From a virus (taxonomy: Duplodnaviria; Caudoviricetes), in IMG/VR virus record IMGVR_UViG_3300022741_000058, positions 1 through 35,157 of that record: a DNA stretch of 35,157 bases; one strand, given 5' to 3'. Under the pieces are notes generated by a model. It ran no database searches, was not told where the DNA came from, and worked only from the letters and a program-made list of their open reading frames with translations. Positions 1-9,487 of the stretch are shown piece by piece. The position numbers and the translations under genes are program-made. Numbering within the stretch: the stretch's first letter is position 1; each line of letters opens with the position of its first letter.

Positions 1-792
1 CTAGAAAAGGCCAGCAGGATCGGCCAGCATATTCCAACTGAAAATAATCACCTCTTTAGCATCACTACCTTTGCCTCCACCAACAGTATATTTGATATCC
101 GTAGTCTCAATATGAAAGCCCGCAAAACACCTGCGAATATCAGGGTGGTCATTTAAACTGATAATGGCTTTACCTTTGATTGAGCCGATGACCTTAGCCA
201 TTTCCTCGTATTGTTCAAACTCAAAAGGCACGCCATAGCCCTCTGTCTCCCAATATGGTGGATCCATATAAAAAAGCGTATGAGGTCGGTCATAGCGTTT
301 AATACAATCCTGCCAGCTCAGATGCTCAATGTAAGTGTTTGCCAGGCGAAGGTGCGCCGCTGACAAACTTTCCTCTATTCGCAGTAGATTTAAACCTGGT
401 GGCTGCGTGGTTGCGGTGCCATAGGTTTGGCCATCCACACGTCCACCGAATGCGCTTTGCTGTAAATAATAAAAGCGCGCTGCACGTTGGATATCAGTCA
501 GCGTTTCCACTCGAGTATCTTGCAGCCACTTAAACACCTGGCGAGAAGACAACGCCCATTTAAATTGACGCACGAACTCTTCAAGATGATTTTGCACAAC
601 GCGATAAAGATTTATCAAATCACCATTTACGTCATTGAGTACTTCGCACTCGGCAGGTACCGGCTTTAAGAAATAAAGCGCGGCACCACCAGCGAAGGGT
701 TCAACGTAGCAAGTATGTTGTGGAAATAAAGGGAATAATCGATCAGCCAGCCTGCGCTTGCCGCCGATCCATGGAATGATTGGTTGTGACAT
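1..792 (-). CDS. DNA adenine methyltransferase (Dam/D12 class) in the position of Mu mom
   Basis: Motifs PWIGGK, YVEPFAGG, LNDVN and catalytic DPPY; ATG at 792 follows GGAGG (ORF track starts at 807). Confidence 0.93.
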   Translation of the reverse strand: MSQPIIPWIGGKRRLADRLFPLFPQHTCYVEPFAGGAALYFLKPVPAECEVLNDVNGDLINLYRVVQNHLEEFVRQFKWALSSRQVFKWLQDTRVETLTDIQRAARFYYLQQSAFGGRVDGQTYGTATTQPPGLNLLRIEESLSAAHLRLANTYIEHLSWQDCIKRYDRPHTLFYMDPPYWETEGYGVPFEFEQYEEMAKVIGSIKGKAIISLNDHPDIRRCFAGFHIETTDIKYTVGGGKGSDAKEVIIFSWNMLADPAGLF

Positions 793-946
793 CTTGCCTC
801 CGGTCATTGGCGCTCATAGGCGCTTCTGGGAGGCTCATGGCCTTCTGATGATTGAACGCCCCACAGCGGGAGCATTTGATTTGTATTTCTATAAACTCTG
901 CCATCGCTAATTTTCGATTGCAGCTACCACAACGAACTTCTTTCAC
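743..946 (-). CDS. com: Com-family zinc-finger translational regulator
   Basis: (M)KEVRCGSCNRKLA...IQIKCSRCGAFN, a CxxC/CxxC finger; overlaps the 5' end of the methyltransferase like Mu com-mom; GTG 946 or TTG 955 start. Confidence 0.88.
   Translation of the reverse strand: MKEVRCGSCNRKLAMAEFIEIQIKCSRCGAFNHQKAMSLPEAPMSANDRRQDVTTNHSMDRRQAQAG
796..834 (-). promoter_or_regulatory. Putative translation-inhibition stem and Com target over the methyltransferase RBS
   Basis: In the mRNA, GCCUCC (834-829) can pair with the SD GGAGGC (801-796); an inner GCGC-CUAUGA-GCGC hairpin lies between them. Confidence 0.55.
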
Positions 947-983
947 TCTGCGCAAACCTTTTTCATTCTGCTAAAATCCGCGC

Positions 984-1083
984 CCCCACCGGTGGGGAGA
1001 GGATCTTGGCTGGCTTGCAGCGCATTCTGCGAGTTGGTGACAATTTAACGTGCTCGAACACTTTAAATTGTCATCCTCTTTTT
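984..1083 (+). ncRNA. Candidate structured small RNA antisense to the late transcript upstream of com
   Basis: Extended -10 TG-C-TAAAAT at 969-977; palindrome 984-997; outer stem GAGAGGAT/ATCCTCTT encloses two hairpins; G-U pairs favour the + strand; ends in a T-run. Confidence 0.5.
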
Positions 1084-1085
1084 AT

Positions 1086-1673
1086 TCAATGAGGCCATCC
1101 CTGGTTTACATCATAAGCATCCAGTTCTGATTGCGTATTCAGCAAATGGATAGCCTGACAATGCTGCATCTCCGCAGTAAAACAATTCGATACATGATTG
1201 GCAACGGCGCTAGCTATAGGCGTGAGGGTTGCAAGGTCAACTCGAATCCACTCTCCGTTATCTTTCCAATTGGTGAACGGAATTAGTCCTGCACTGAGTG
1301 ATTGGAACGCACTGGCCAACATGGTTTGTGATTCGCGTGTGGTGCTTATTTTTTTGCCATTAATAACAATTCCTGCGGTTTCAATTTCATAACGACGTGC
1401 AGCAACTGCATCAATTAATTGTTCCTTAGTTTTGGACGGTGCGACATACGGCGCAATCTCAACGCCTTCCGGAATGTATTCAAGTGTTGTCCAATGCCAC
1501 TCTCCCTCGACAGCTTCAACAAATTCAATTGCCGGCGAGACTAAAATTAATTTCCCGTCTTTTTCTTCATACACCGCATCACGTGCATCAACGCCATCTA
1601 TACGGTAAAGCTCAATTTCGCAATCAACCGTACCGTGCATGTTGTATATATAATTTCTTTTGTTAACAGTCAT
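1086..1673 (-). CDS. Tail fibre assembly-type protein, DUF4376-like C-terminal domain
   Basis: AARRYEIETAGI...TTRESQ...WK...CF pattern; directly after the tail fibre with TAATG coupling at 1673. Confidence 0.75.
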   Translation of the reverse strand: MTVNKRNYIYNMHGTVDCEIELYRIDGVDARDAVYEEKDGKLILVSPAIEFVEAVEGEWHWTTLEYIPEGVEIAPYVAPSKTKEQLIDAVAARRYEIETAGIVINGKKISTTRESQTMLASAFQSLSAGLIPFTNWKDNGEWIRVDLATLTPIASAVANHVSNCFTAEMQHCQAIHLLNTQSELDAYDVNQGWPH

Positions 1674-2893
1674 TATGCGATCCTCAACCATTCACTAAAC
1701 TCACCCGTCGCAACGGTACGCGATGAAATATTCTTCCAAGTACCTGAAACTGCACTGCCATTTGTTAATACGCTTCCGGAGGTAAAATAAGTTGCGTTAA
1801 GTGTTGACCCAGCTGTTGTTCCCCCTGTGGCTATACTGCCAGCCGACGCATTACGCAATAATCGCAAGCTTCCAACGCCATCAACAGTTGCCACATCATG
1901 CTGCACATTATTAATTACGACTGCTCCAGAAAATGTCGCTTTAGCGGCAGCATCAATTACAAGTGGCACAGCTCCTGTTTTATTTAGGAGTCCTATGCTG
2001 GTTCCATCGGAAAATAATCCACCCAGAAATACGCTTCCGGAATCAACTAAATTCAATCGGCATAATCCAGATGTGCTGCCGGCAAAAGTGAACTGCCCTG
2101 GATTAGCGGCTGATATGTTTTGTGAGTTCACACTCACACTTCGTGCACCGACAATAACAAGATCGCCAGTAAGTGTAGTTTTGCCTGCAGCATCGATTGA
2201 GAGAGGCACAACTCCCATTTTATTTAGGAGTCCTATGCTGGTTCCATCGGAAAATAATCCACCCAGAAATACGCTTCCGGAATCAACTAAATTCAATCGG
2301 CATAATCCAGATGCGCTACCTGCAAAAGTGAATTGTCCGGCATTCAATGCTGTTATGAATTGTGAGTTAATACTGAGTCCAAACGCCCCAGCTAAAACAA
2401 TGTTGCCATTAACGGTAAATGTGCCATTTATAAAATTATTTAAAGGAGTAACTGGCGCACTTAAAGCAATTGACCATGATGCGTAAGTTCCACCACCAAC
2501 TACACCAATTACATTGATGCTTAGGGCGGTACCCGCGTAGCTAATCACACTACCAAACATGTAATTATTCGCATCGTAAGCGGCTGTTACAAACATGCCC
2601 GGCACGATGTTTTTACCTGCGGCTATTGCGAAATTTTTTGTACCAACCCCAATTGAAACTGACGTGGTAGAGGTTGATGCAGTAGAGGGCGCAGCAGAGG
2701 CACTCGCAGCACTTGCAGCAGCTGCGGACACGCTATTTGTCACTGATATTTCCTTGTTGCTAATATTTACTTCAGTAGCATTAATTTCCGTAACAAGTTG
2801 CGGAAGTGCCCCAAGTAGTGCATCAGCTGCAGCCGCAAAAGCGGTGGGCGATTGTGCTCTATTGGGTGGTGTTGGTAATGGCGTTAATGACAT
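1673..2893 (-). CDS. Tail fibre / receptor-binding protein
   Basis: N-terminal anchor MSLTPLPTPP, Ala/Ser linker, Gly/Thr/Ser-rich beta repeats, internal 80-aa duplication; TAATG coupling at 2893. Confidence 0.8.
   Translation of the reverse strand: MSLTPLPTPPNRAQSPTAFAAAADALLGALPQLVTEINATEVNISNKEISVTNSVSAAAASAASASAAPSTASTSTTSVSIGVGTKNFAIAAGKNIVPGMFVTAAYDANNYMFGSVISYAGTALSINVIGVVGGGTYASWSIALSAPVTPLNNFINGTFTVNGNIVLAGAFGLSINSQFITALNAGQFTFAGSASGLCRLNLVDSGSVFLGGLFSDGTSIGLLNKMGVVPLSIDAAGKTTLTGDLVIVGARSVSVNSQNISAANPGQFTFAGSTSGLCRLNLVDSGSVFLGGLFSDGTSIGLLNKTGAVPLVIDAAAKATFSGAVVINNVQHDVATVDGVGSLRLLRNASAGSIATGGTTAGSTLNATYFTSGSVLTNGSAVSGTWKNISSRTVATGEFSEWLRIA
1978..2313. repeat. Direct repeat in the tail fibre gene, 240-bp period, 96-bp identical core (1978-2073 and 2218-2313)
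   Basis: Identical TTTTATTTAGGAG...CCAGATG blocks; both encode SGLCRLNLVDSGSVFLGGLFSDGTSIGLLNK. Confidence 0.97.
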
Positions 2894-3813
2894 TAGGTGA
2901 GCCCCTCCAGCGATAGCGTACAAAGACTCTGTACAGCATTAGAAATTGTGATTGAGAAATCTTTGTAGTAGCCGTAAATCGCGGTGGATGTATATGCATC
3001 ATCGCCGATATACAGCGTTGGAATGGCGCGTAGCGATGCCAGATACTGCTGCAACGCATCAACACTACCATTGGGTATCCAAAAACTGATGTCAGCGCGT
3101 TTTGAAAATGCGCGTACGATAAAGTTGTAATCCCCGAACTGGTTTTTTTCTTTGCGGCTGTAGTCAGTTATCCCTACATTTGCGCCGTACGTTATTGCAT
3201 CCGCGATAATGTTAGATTTGCCAACCACGAAGGTTCCACACGCTACAGTGGAACCAGTCTTGTTTATCTTCACGTTTAAACTAAATTGGCTATATAGCGG
3301 CAAATCAGCAATGAACTCTTTCGCATATGAAATTGAGTCGAACAGGTAGCTGTACCAGTTCGCGAACAATGGTGGATTTACTAACGTAAACGTCTGACTC
3401 ATGACAACGGTGGATGAGTACGTCACAGTAATTTGTACAGACTCAGCGTCCAAATTTAACAGGGCCAATTTATTGCCTTTAACGCTTGTCACCGTCACAT
3501 CAATTTGCTGCCCCGCAGTGCTTTGTGAGCTGTTTACGGAATCAAACATCTTAAACGGGTTTGATGGGCCAACATACGCCCAATGGGTAGGATCTAAGTA
3601 TGGCGCGACGACGGCAGTTGGAACTGCTATACATTGATAAATTGAATATACCCACGTACTGCCGTTCGGATCTTTTGGATTTCCATACGACACCAAAATT
3701 TGATCACCAACAGCATAATTCACCGTACCGTTCCACGAATTCGTAGTATCAACCACGTTCGTTGTTAATTTATTCGGTGCGAACGTAAATGGCGTTATGA
3801 CTTGAAGACTCAT
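2893..3813 (-). CDS. Tail tip (distal-tail-like) protein with an N-terminal carbohydrate-binding-like motif
   Basis: Directly after the tape measure; W-x5-Y-AVGD motif resembling CBM5/12; beta-rich. Confidence 0.65.
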   Translation of the reverse strand: MSLQVITPFTFAPNKLTTNVVDTTNSWNGTVNYAVGDQILVSYGNPKDPNGSTWVYSIYQCIAVPTAVVAPYLDPTHWAYVGPSNPFKMFDSVNSSQSTAGQQIDVTVTSVKGNKLALLNLDAESVQITVTYSSTVVMSQTFTLVNPPLFANWYSYLFDSISYAKEFIADLPLYSQFSLNVKINKTGSTVACGTFVVGKSNIIADAITYGANVGITDYSRKEKNQFGDYNFIVRAFSKRADISFWIPNGSVDALQQYLASLRAIPTLYIGDDAYTSTAIYGYYKDFSITISNAVQSLCTLSLEGLT

Positions 3814-6800
3814 GACAAAACCCTCGTCTCAGGCATTCCATCACCTTCCCAACGGCTTACACATTTGGCGATTTTTTCATTACTAAGTGCGATAGCGATC
3901 ATGTACGAACGCATGTCTGCACGTAGCGTGCGCAATTCATTTGTTTGTGCATCACCACTGGAGGCTTGGCTAGCTGTCAGCACTCGCTCACCTTGATGCA
4001 ACTCCGCGATATAACCATTAAACGGAACTCGCTCCAAGCCATTCGCATGTGATCCGTTGACGACTGTGTAGCCTTGCAGCTGAGTTAACAATCCGGTCGC
4101 TGTACCGTGTTCAGTGAGGTAATCCAGCATTGTTGCAAAGTTGTTTTGATCCAGGTGCGTAATAGCCGAAATAGCATCATCAAGGCCTGCAAAATTTGCC
4201 AGAGAACCGCCAGCCTGGGCGATGGCCAATGCCGTTGCTAAAGTCGCTTTCGCTTGATCGTATTGTAGTTTTTCAATGGCTTCGCTATCACCGCGCATTG
4301 TTTTTAATGCGCTAGCAATAGAGTCATAAATCGTACCCAATTGGCTTTTGACATTTTCAGTGGCAGGCACCAATTGCGCGAATGCCTGGTTAACATCCAT
4401 CAATGCGGCGAACTGCGCTTGTCCTGCGTCCGTGCTTAAATCCGCTGCTTTAACGAGCGCTACGAAACCTTCGCGCGTGGTTGGCATTTTCAAACCAACA
4501 TCCACTAGCACTTTGCTAATTGCAGCCAAACCGTCTTTGGTTTTATCGGCATCGCTGGTGAAGTTTTGGTAGTAGCTGCTCATATTGGTATTGAGCTGAT
4601 CAAACCCGCCAGATAGATCCGCGATCTGTTGCGTTGTATCAATAGCGCCTACACCAACACCATTGAATTTAAGGCCGAGTTTGCCCACATAATTTGAAAA
4701 GATATTCGTTTGCGATGCCAGGCGCACCATAGTTTCAAATGCACCTTCACCCACTTGTTGGTACTTAGAGAGCGCAGCAGTTCCAGCAACCAAACCAGTT
4801 GCCCACGCATCCAACTGCGAGCTAAAAAACGACTGAATCTCCTTTGTTAATGCATCGCCACTCAAATCTTTTAGGCTCAGTTTTGTTGCATCAATAATTA
4901 ATTTATTGGCGTCGAAAGTTACACCAAATGTTTTGCTGGCTTTCTGCAAAGCGTCACCCGCACTTGCATAGACGTCTGCGAACTGTGTCTTAAACAAATC
5001 ATCCATTTCTTCGGTAGCGGTACTAACTTTTACGCTCGTTTTTATTCCCAAAAACTTTTTGGTTGTCTTCACATCCGCATAAGTCATTGCGCCGACCATG
5101 CCAGTTTGTAAAATACCAGCTAGCGTGCCACCTAAAAGTTGAATCCCTGAATCAGTCACGTCTTTCTTGGAACTCCAAATAGCATTCAAAATTTTCGTAT
5201 TAACTGCACCGCCGAAAGACGTTGCCATTTTTCCAATCTGCGCCATGAAGTTATTCAATGGATCACGCGAGGTAATCATGTTGCCTAAGTCGGGTGATAC
5301 ATCTCCTAAACCTTTACTACCCGTTGAAATCCCCATCGCTTTATAATCTGCACCGCCTGCTAGCGTGCTCGCGAATCCTGCCGCAGTACCTGCAATGCCG
5401 GTTTTAATATCCAACAACGCTTGGTACATACCATGGTTTACATCCAGCAAACTTTTACCGTTAGCACCTAACGATTGGATCGACTGATTTATGGAATCGC
5501 TCTTAGCGTTTGCGTTGCCCAATAAAGTGCCAATACTCTGATTGGCCTGCCGATATTGAGCCGTCATTTTTTCGAACTTCGCATCTTGTTGGCTATTAAA
5601 CTTACTGATCAATGAACCACCCACGGCGAGAGCAACACCCGCTACTGCACCGTATGGCCCAAGCATGCCCAACATGCCACTTGCACCGCTTACATTGCCA
5701 CTCGCATCCTTCGCACCAGCACTGCCTATGAGGCCTCCAATGGCATTGCTGGCCATGTTCATCGCAGGCTGGATAATCGGTTTCAAAATAAGCGCTTTAA
5801 AGATATTTTGAAGTGTGTCGGCCAAGTTTTTGCCGAGGCTTTTACCATTATCAAAACCGCGCATAAGTGCATCGGTCAAAGAAGTATCAATAGAATCTGC
5901 GGTTTTTTTCCATTCTGTTTTTGCATCAACAGCAGCTTGCGCGGCAATACCGTCTTTTTTTGCAGATGCCAAATCTTGTAGCGCTTTTAAGGTATTGCGA
6001 TGCGCTTCCGTTTCGGCGTTACACGCTGGGAGCAAATCGTCGATTGCAACCTGTTGCTCTGCCAGACGAATCTGGTCGTTTATGCGAGCAACCTCAAGCT
6101 CACCAAGCTGTTTCTTGGTAAGCCCCATTTCTTCGTTTGCTTCGCGTTGTTTTTTTGCCTCGGCTTCAATGGCAGCCGCTTTTTCGTTTGAGGCCTTAAT
6201 AGCATCCTCAATGGCTTTGCGTGATTCACCTTCAGCATCAATTTGCTCGAGCAGTGCAGCATTGTTTTGAATAATGCTTTTTGCAGTAGCAGCTTGCGCA
6301 GCAGATAAATTAATTTTGCCGGTGGTTAGTGATTGGTCCAGATTAATTAATTCTTGCTGCGCAGGCGTTAACGCGTGGCCAACCTCTAATTGCTTTTGTA
6401 ATTGAATATTGGATTTGGTGAGGTTATCAATAAAATCACCACCGGCCTTCACTGCATTTTCATGCTGTGTTTGCAGGGCTTTTTGTGCAGCGATTGATTC
6501 TTCAGTTGCCTTTTTATCTGCCTCTTTTTTCTGGCGTAGCAAATCCAAAGCAACAGCCTCTGTCCAATATCCATCCTTGAGTCCTTCACGTGTAGCCTTG
6601 TATTCGGCAAGTGCTTTTCCTGTAAGTCCTACCGTTTCAACCTCATCACGAAGGCTTTTCAAATATCCAGCACCCGGGATTTGAAGCTCGTTAATTTTCC
6701 GTTGAATCGTAACTAAATCAATTTGCTTTCGATTGAGTGCCTCGGTGGCTTCCGCTAACCGATTGGTATTATCAATTGTGTAAATCTGACCACCGCTACC

Positions 6801-7532
6801 GCTACCAGCGCCGCCAGAGGTAGCAACAAAAACTTTTTTGCCATTCTCAGCATTAAGCTCTTTTATTTTTTGAGTTTGCTCGGCAATTTCTTTAGTCAAA
6901 TCGTTATATTTTTTAGTCTCGGCTTCTATTGTATAGCCATTCGCTTTGTTAACGATGTCTTGTTGGGCATTCGATAAGTCAGTCAATTCTTTGGTGAGAT
7001 GTTTGGCTTTAGTTGCCATTTCCTCAGCAGCCTTGCCCGTATCAAACAACGAAGGAAGCAGAGCACCGATTAGGGCTCCACCCACAGCGATAACGGCACC
7101 CAACAATGGATTAAATGCACTTACAAGCTGTGAACCTTGTTGGGTCAGGATGACGGCGGCATTCGTACCCATTTGCATTTGCACAGCAACGTCTTGCATT
7201 TGCCAGCCAAGGTTTTGTGCCATGCCGCGCATGTTGCCAAATGATTTGTTAGTTTTGCTCGCGAGACTATCCAATTCCATGGCTTGGTTCATGAGAACTT
7301 TTTTTTGCTCAGTAGATACTTCAGCCAAAGCACCACGTTCAATATCGTAAGCAAGTGATGCTGCGCGGCTTATATTGCCGTACAGATCAATTTGCTTTTG
7401 AAGGTCATTGGAAAGTTGTTTAACACCAGGGCTTGCACCAACGTCATCAAGCTTGGTACGCAGTGTGCCCAAATTGGCAGCCGCTTTTTCGGCTCCCTCA
7501 ATAGCAACTTTAAGTTCAAGTTCAAATGACAT
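3810..7532 (-). CDS. Tail tape measure protein
   Basis: 1240 aa, Ala/Gly-rich and helical; MQDVAVQMQMG...QQGSQL motif; C-terminal GSHANGL...AELHQGERVL; follows the chaperone pair. Confidence 0.93.
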   Translation of the reverse strand: MSFELELKVAIEGAEKAAANLGTLRTKLDDVGASPGVKQLSNDLQKQIDLYGNISRAASLAYDIERGALAEVSTEQKKVLMNQAMELDSLASKTNKSFGNMRGMAQNLGWQMQDVAVQMQMGTNAAVILTQQGSQLVSAFNPLLGAVIAVGGALIGALLPSLFDTGKAAEEMATKAKHLTKELTDLSNAQQDIVNKANGYTIEAETKKYNDLTKEIAEQTQKIKELNAENGKKVFVATSGGAGSGSGGQIYTIDNTNRLAEATEALNRKQIDLVTIQRKINELQIPGAGYLKSLRDEVETVGLTGKALAEYKATREGLKDGYWTEAVALDLLRQKKEADKKATEESIAAQKALQTQHENAVKAGGDFIDNLTKSNIQLQKQLEVGHALTPAQQELINLDQSLTTGKINLSAAQAATAKSIIQNNAALLEQIDAEGESRKAIEDAIKASNEKAAAIEAEAKKQREANEEMGLTKKQLGELEVARINDQIRLAEQQVAIDDLLPACNAETEAHRNTLKALQDLASAKKDGIAAQAAVDAKTEWKKTADSIDTSLTDALMRGFDNGKSLGKNLADTLQNIFKALILKPIIQPAMNMASNAIGGLIGSAGAKDASGNVSGASGMLGMLGPYGAVAGVALAVGGSLISKFNSQQDAKFEKMTAQYRQANQSIGTLLGNANAKSDSINQSIQSLGANGKSLLDVNHGMYQALLDIKTGIAGTAAGFASTLAGGADYKAMGISTGSKGLGDVSPDLGNMITSRDPLNNFMAQIGKMATSFGGAVNTKILNAIWSSKKDVTDSGIQLLGGTLAGILQTGMVGAMTYADVKTTKKFLGIKTSVKVSTATEEMDDLFKTQFADVYASAGDALQKASKTFGVTFDANKLIIDATKLSLKDLSGDALTKEIQSFFSSQLDAWATGLVAGTAALSKYQQVGEGAFETMVRLASQTNIFSNYVGKLGLKFNGVGVGAIDTTQQIADLSGGFDQLNTNMSSYYQNFTSDADKTKDGLAAISKVLVDVGLKMPTTREGFVALVKAADLSTDAGQAQFAALMDVNQAFAQLVPATENVKSQLGTIYDSIASALKTMRGDSEAIEKLQYDQAKATLATALAIAQAGGSLANFAGLDDAISAITHLDQNNFATMLDYLTEHGTATGLLTQLQGYTVVNGSHANGLERVPFNGYIAELHQGERVLTASQASSGDAQTNELRTLRADMRSYMIAIALSNEKIAKCVSRWEGDGMPETRVLS

Positions 7533-7544
7533 AGCAACTCTGGA

Positions 7545-7853
7545 TTAATTTTTGGTGTTTAGCAGCGGTAAGGCCGCTTGTTCCATAATGCGGATATCGT
7601 TCAGTAATTCAGGCCATGCTTTACTAGGTATACACATCATTTGCAAAACACTGTGTAACGCGCAGTAATTGATGCCGGTTTTTACGCAACCGGACATACC
7701 GATAATTAAATTCCAACTCGTTTGTAATGCACAAAAAACGCGAATCGCTTGTTCGTTTTCTGGAAGTATCGTGAAAAATTCTTCAACCGGGCTCACGCTT
7801 TCTATTTGCGCCAGCCACTGCATGGCATTCTCATTTTCACCGAAACCTAGCAC
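7545..7853 (-). CDS. Tail assembly chaperone C-terminal part (gpT-like, DUF1799-like), probably made by -1 frameshift
   Basis: Frame is open from 7925 (LKDAAEYWAKG...); FCALQTSW...GINY...IRIMEQAAL pattern. Confidence 0.8.
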   Translation of the reverse strand: MLGFGENENAMQWLAQIESVSPVEEFFTILPENEQAIRVFCALQTSWNLIIGMSGCVKTGINYCALHSVLQMMCIPSKAWPELLNDIRIMEQAALPLLNTKN

Positions 7854-7921
7854 CGCTAAATCGGAGGAAACATCGTCAACATTTACCGGTGTTCCCTTTG
7901 CCCAATATTCAGCGGCGTCTT

Positions 7922-8290
7922 TTAGTTTTTTGCTTTGGCACCACCGTTCACAGCTTCTAACCAGGCACTCATGATGGATGCTGGCACCGGGTGGATATCA
8001 AGCATTTGCGTCAATGCACTACTGGAAAATAAAGCCTCATCGCCATTGCCATCACGCACGTCATTCCAACCTTCCATAACTTCATGAGCAAGGTCGCGTT
8101 GGCACTGCAAAAATGCTTCGTGAGTTTCCTGGCTAGCTGAAACGATGCGAGCTTTCCAATTACTGACTTCTTCAGTTGTTAGACGACGAAACGTCGCGAC
8201 AAAATTCTGCTTTTGAATGCGGCCACCGTCGCCATTCATATCGACGCTAACGGGATAGGTGAATGAATTGGCTTGTGAAATTTTGAACAT
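7922..8290 (-). CDS. Tail assembly chaperone (lambda gpG analogue)
   Basis: Between tail tube and tape measure; ends AKN at the slippery site; GGAG RBS. Confidence 0.85.
   Translation of the reverse strand: MFKISQANSFTYPVSVDMNGDGGRIQKQNFVATFRRLTTEEVSNWKARIVSASQETHEAFLQCQRDLAHEVMEGWNDVRDGNGDEALFSSSALTQMLDIHPVPASIMSAWLEAVNGGAKAKN
7925..7931 (-). other. Programmed -1 ribosomal frameshift heptamer A-AAA-AAC
   Basis: GCA AAA AAC TAA ends the chaperone gene; the -1 frame continues without a stop into the ORF ending at 7545. Confidence 0.85.
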
Positions 8291-8356
8291 GTGTTGCTCC
8301 AGGTGAAAAATAGTTAAATCAAAATGACCACCGCTCTCAAGAGCGAATAAAGAAAA

Positions 8357-9289
8357 TTATCTAACAGTGATTTTTAACTCGTCATTGCCAGCGCTTGGAT
8401 TAAGCGTTAGATCCAAATTCAACATACGAATTTTGTCACTATCGCTGTAGCTGGGCTTTACGAGTTGAACTTGCGGTGCGTCGAGCTGAACAATATTTCC
8501 CTCTGTATTGCCATGTTGAATGCTGAGCGCGCCTAATGTTGCAAGCTTGGCGATAGACCAAAAATCTTTCGTCGCAACAGGAACAGCTTCAATCACAACT
8601 TTTCCTGAAGGAGCGCGATCAGTAATGATTACCGCTTCTGAACCCACCAACGCACGATGTGTAACCGTAACCGCAAGATCAATACTCAAATCTTGCAACA
8701 CCGCTGTTGAGAAACCATGTAGGGTGAATGCGCTGGTTTGACCGGTGAGCACGGCGAGTGGTTGAATCCACGGAGCAAATACAGCGGTTGGTAATGCAGT
8801 GTCAGTTACTGGGTTGAACAAACCAGTAAACTTAAATTTAAAATGTGGGATTTTTTTAGCCGAAAGTTCGATAGCAACTGTGCCACGCGCACCAGTAAGC
8901 TTGTGCATCACACCATCAACTGCAACGTAAAATGTGGCTGATTCGAATGTTGCAGAAATCGGGTTATATTCCACTTTTGTAGATGCAGTAATAACCTCTG
9001 CCATGCCGCAGGCACGCAATAATGGGCCATAAGCTGGCGCTGTACCTAACGCACCACTGCCTGCAACTTCCACAGAAAACTCAACCATCGTTCGATTCGC
9101 TACCGGGATTTGCGGACTGTTGCCGAAATACGGACGAATCAAGTTACGGCTTTCAGCATCCTGATCGAGGGGGGTTACCGTTAAATCGGTAATCAATACG
9201 GCGTTAGCTGCACCGGTAGGCACGGGATCGGTACCGTATGTGGTTTCAATCTTGGCCAGCAGTACAGTCTTTTGCACTAATAAAGGCAT
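8357..9289 (-). CDS. Major tail tube protein
   Basis: LLAKIETTYGTDP...YGPLLRACG pattern; 310 aa; position. Confidence 0.85.
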   Translation of the reverse strand: MPLLVQKTVLLAKIETTYGTDPVPTGAANAVLITDLTVTPLDQDAESRNLIRPYFGNSPQIPVANRTMVEFSVEVAGSGALGTAPAYGPLLRACGMAEVITASTKVEYNPISATFESATFYVAVDGVMHKLTGARGTVAIELSAKKIPHFKFKFTGLFNPVTDTALPTAVFAPWIQPLAVLTGQTSAFTLHGFSTAVLQDLSIDLAVTVTHRALVGSEAVIITDRAPSGKVVIEAVPVATKDFWSIAKLATLGALSIQHGNTEGNIVQLDAPQVQLVKPSYSDSDKIRMLNLDLTLNPSAGNDELKITVR

Positions 9290-9299
9290 GGTTTAACTC

Positions 9300-9485
9300 C
9301 TAAGCCTGTGACTCTTGCGAATCAAAATTAATGGTTGCATCGTCCGTAGCAGGTTCAAGATCGGTACGCGCCACCAACGTCAAATCACCTGAATCCAGGC
9401 AACGCGTATAACTGCCACCCTCATCAGGTTGTTGCTTCTTTAGTGGCAATTCAGTAAGTGATTCAGGGTTAGGTCTTCTGGCCAT
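9300..9485 (-). CDS. Small hypothetical protein upstream of the tail tube
   Basis: 61 aa, GGSY motif, tightly packed in the operon. Confidence 0.65.
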   Translation of the reverse strand: MARRPNPESLTELPLKKQQPDEGGSYTRCLDSGDLTLVARTDLEPATDDATINFDSQESQA

Positions 9486-9487
9486 GC

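Noticed and set aside
1978-2313. DGR template/variable repeat pair
   Set aside because: The core is identical, both copies are in frame in one gene, there is no adenine-specific variation, and no reverse transcriptase is present
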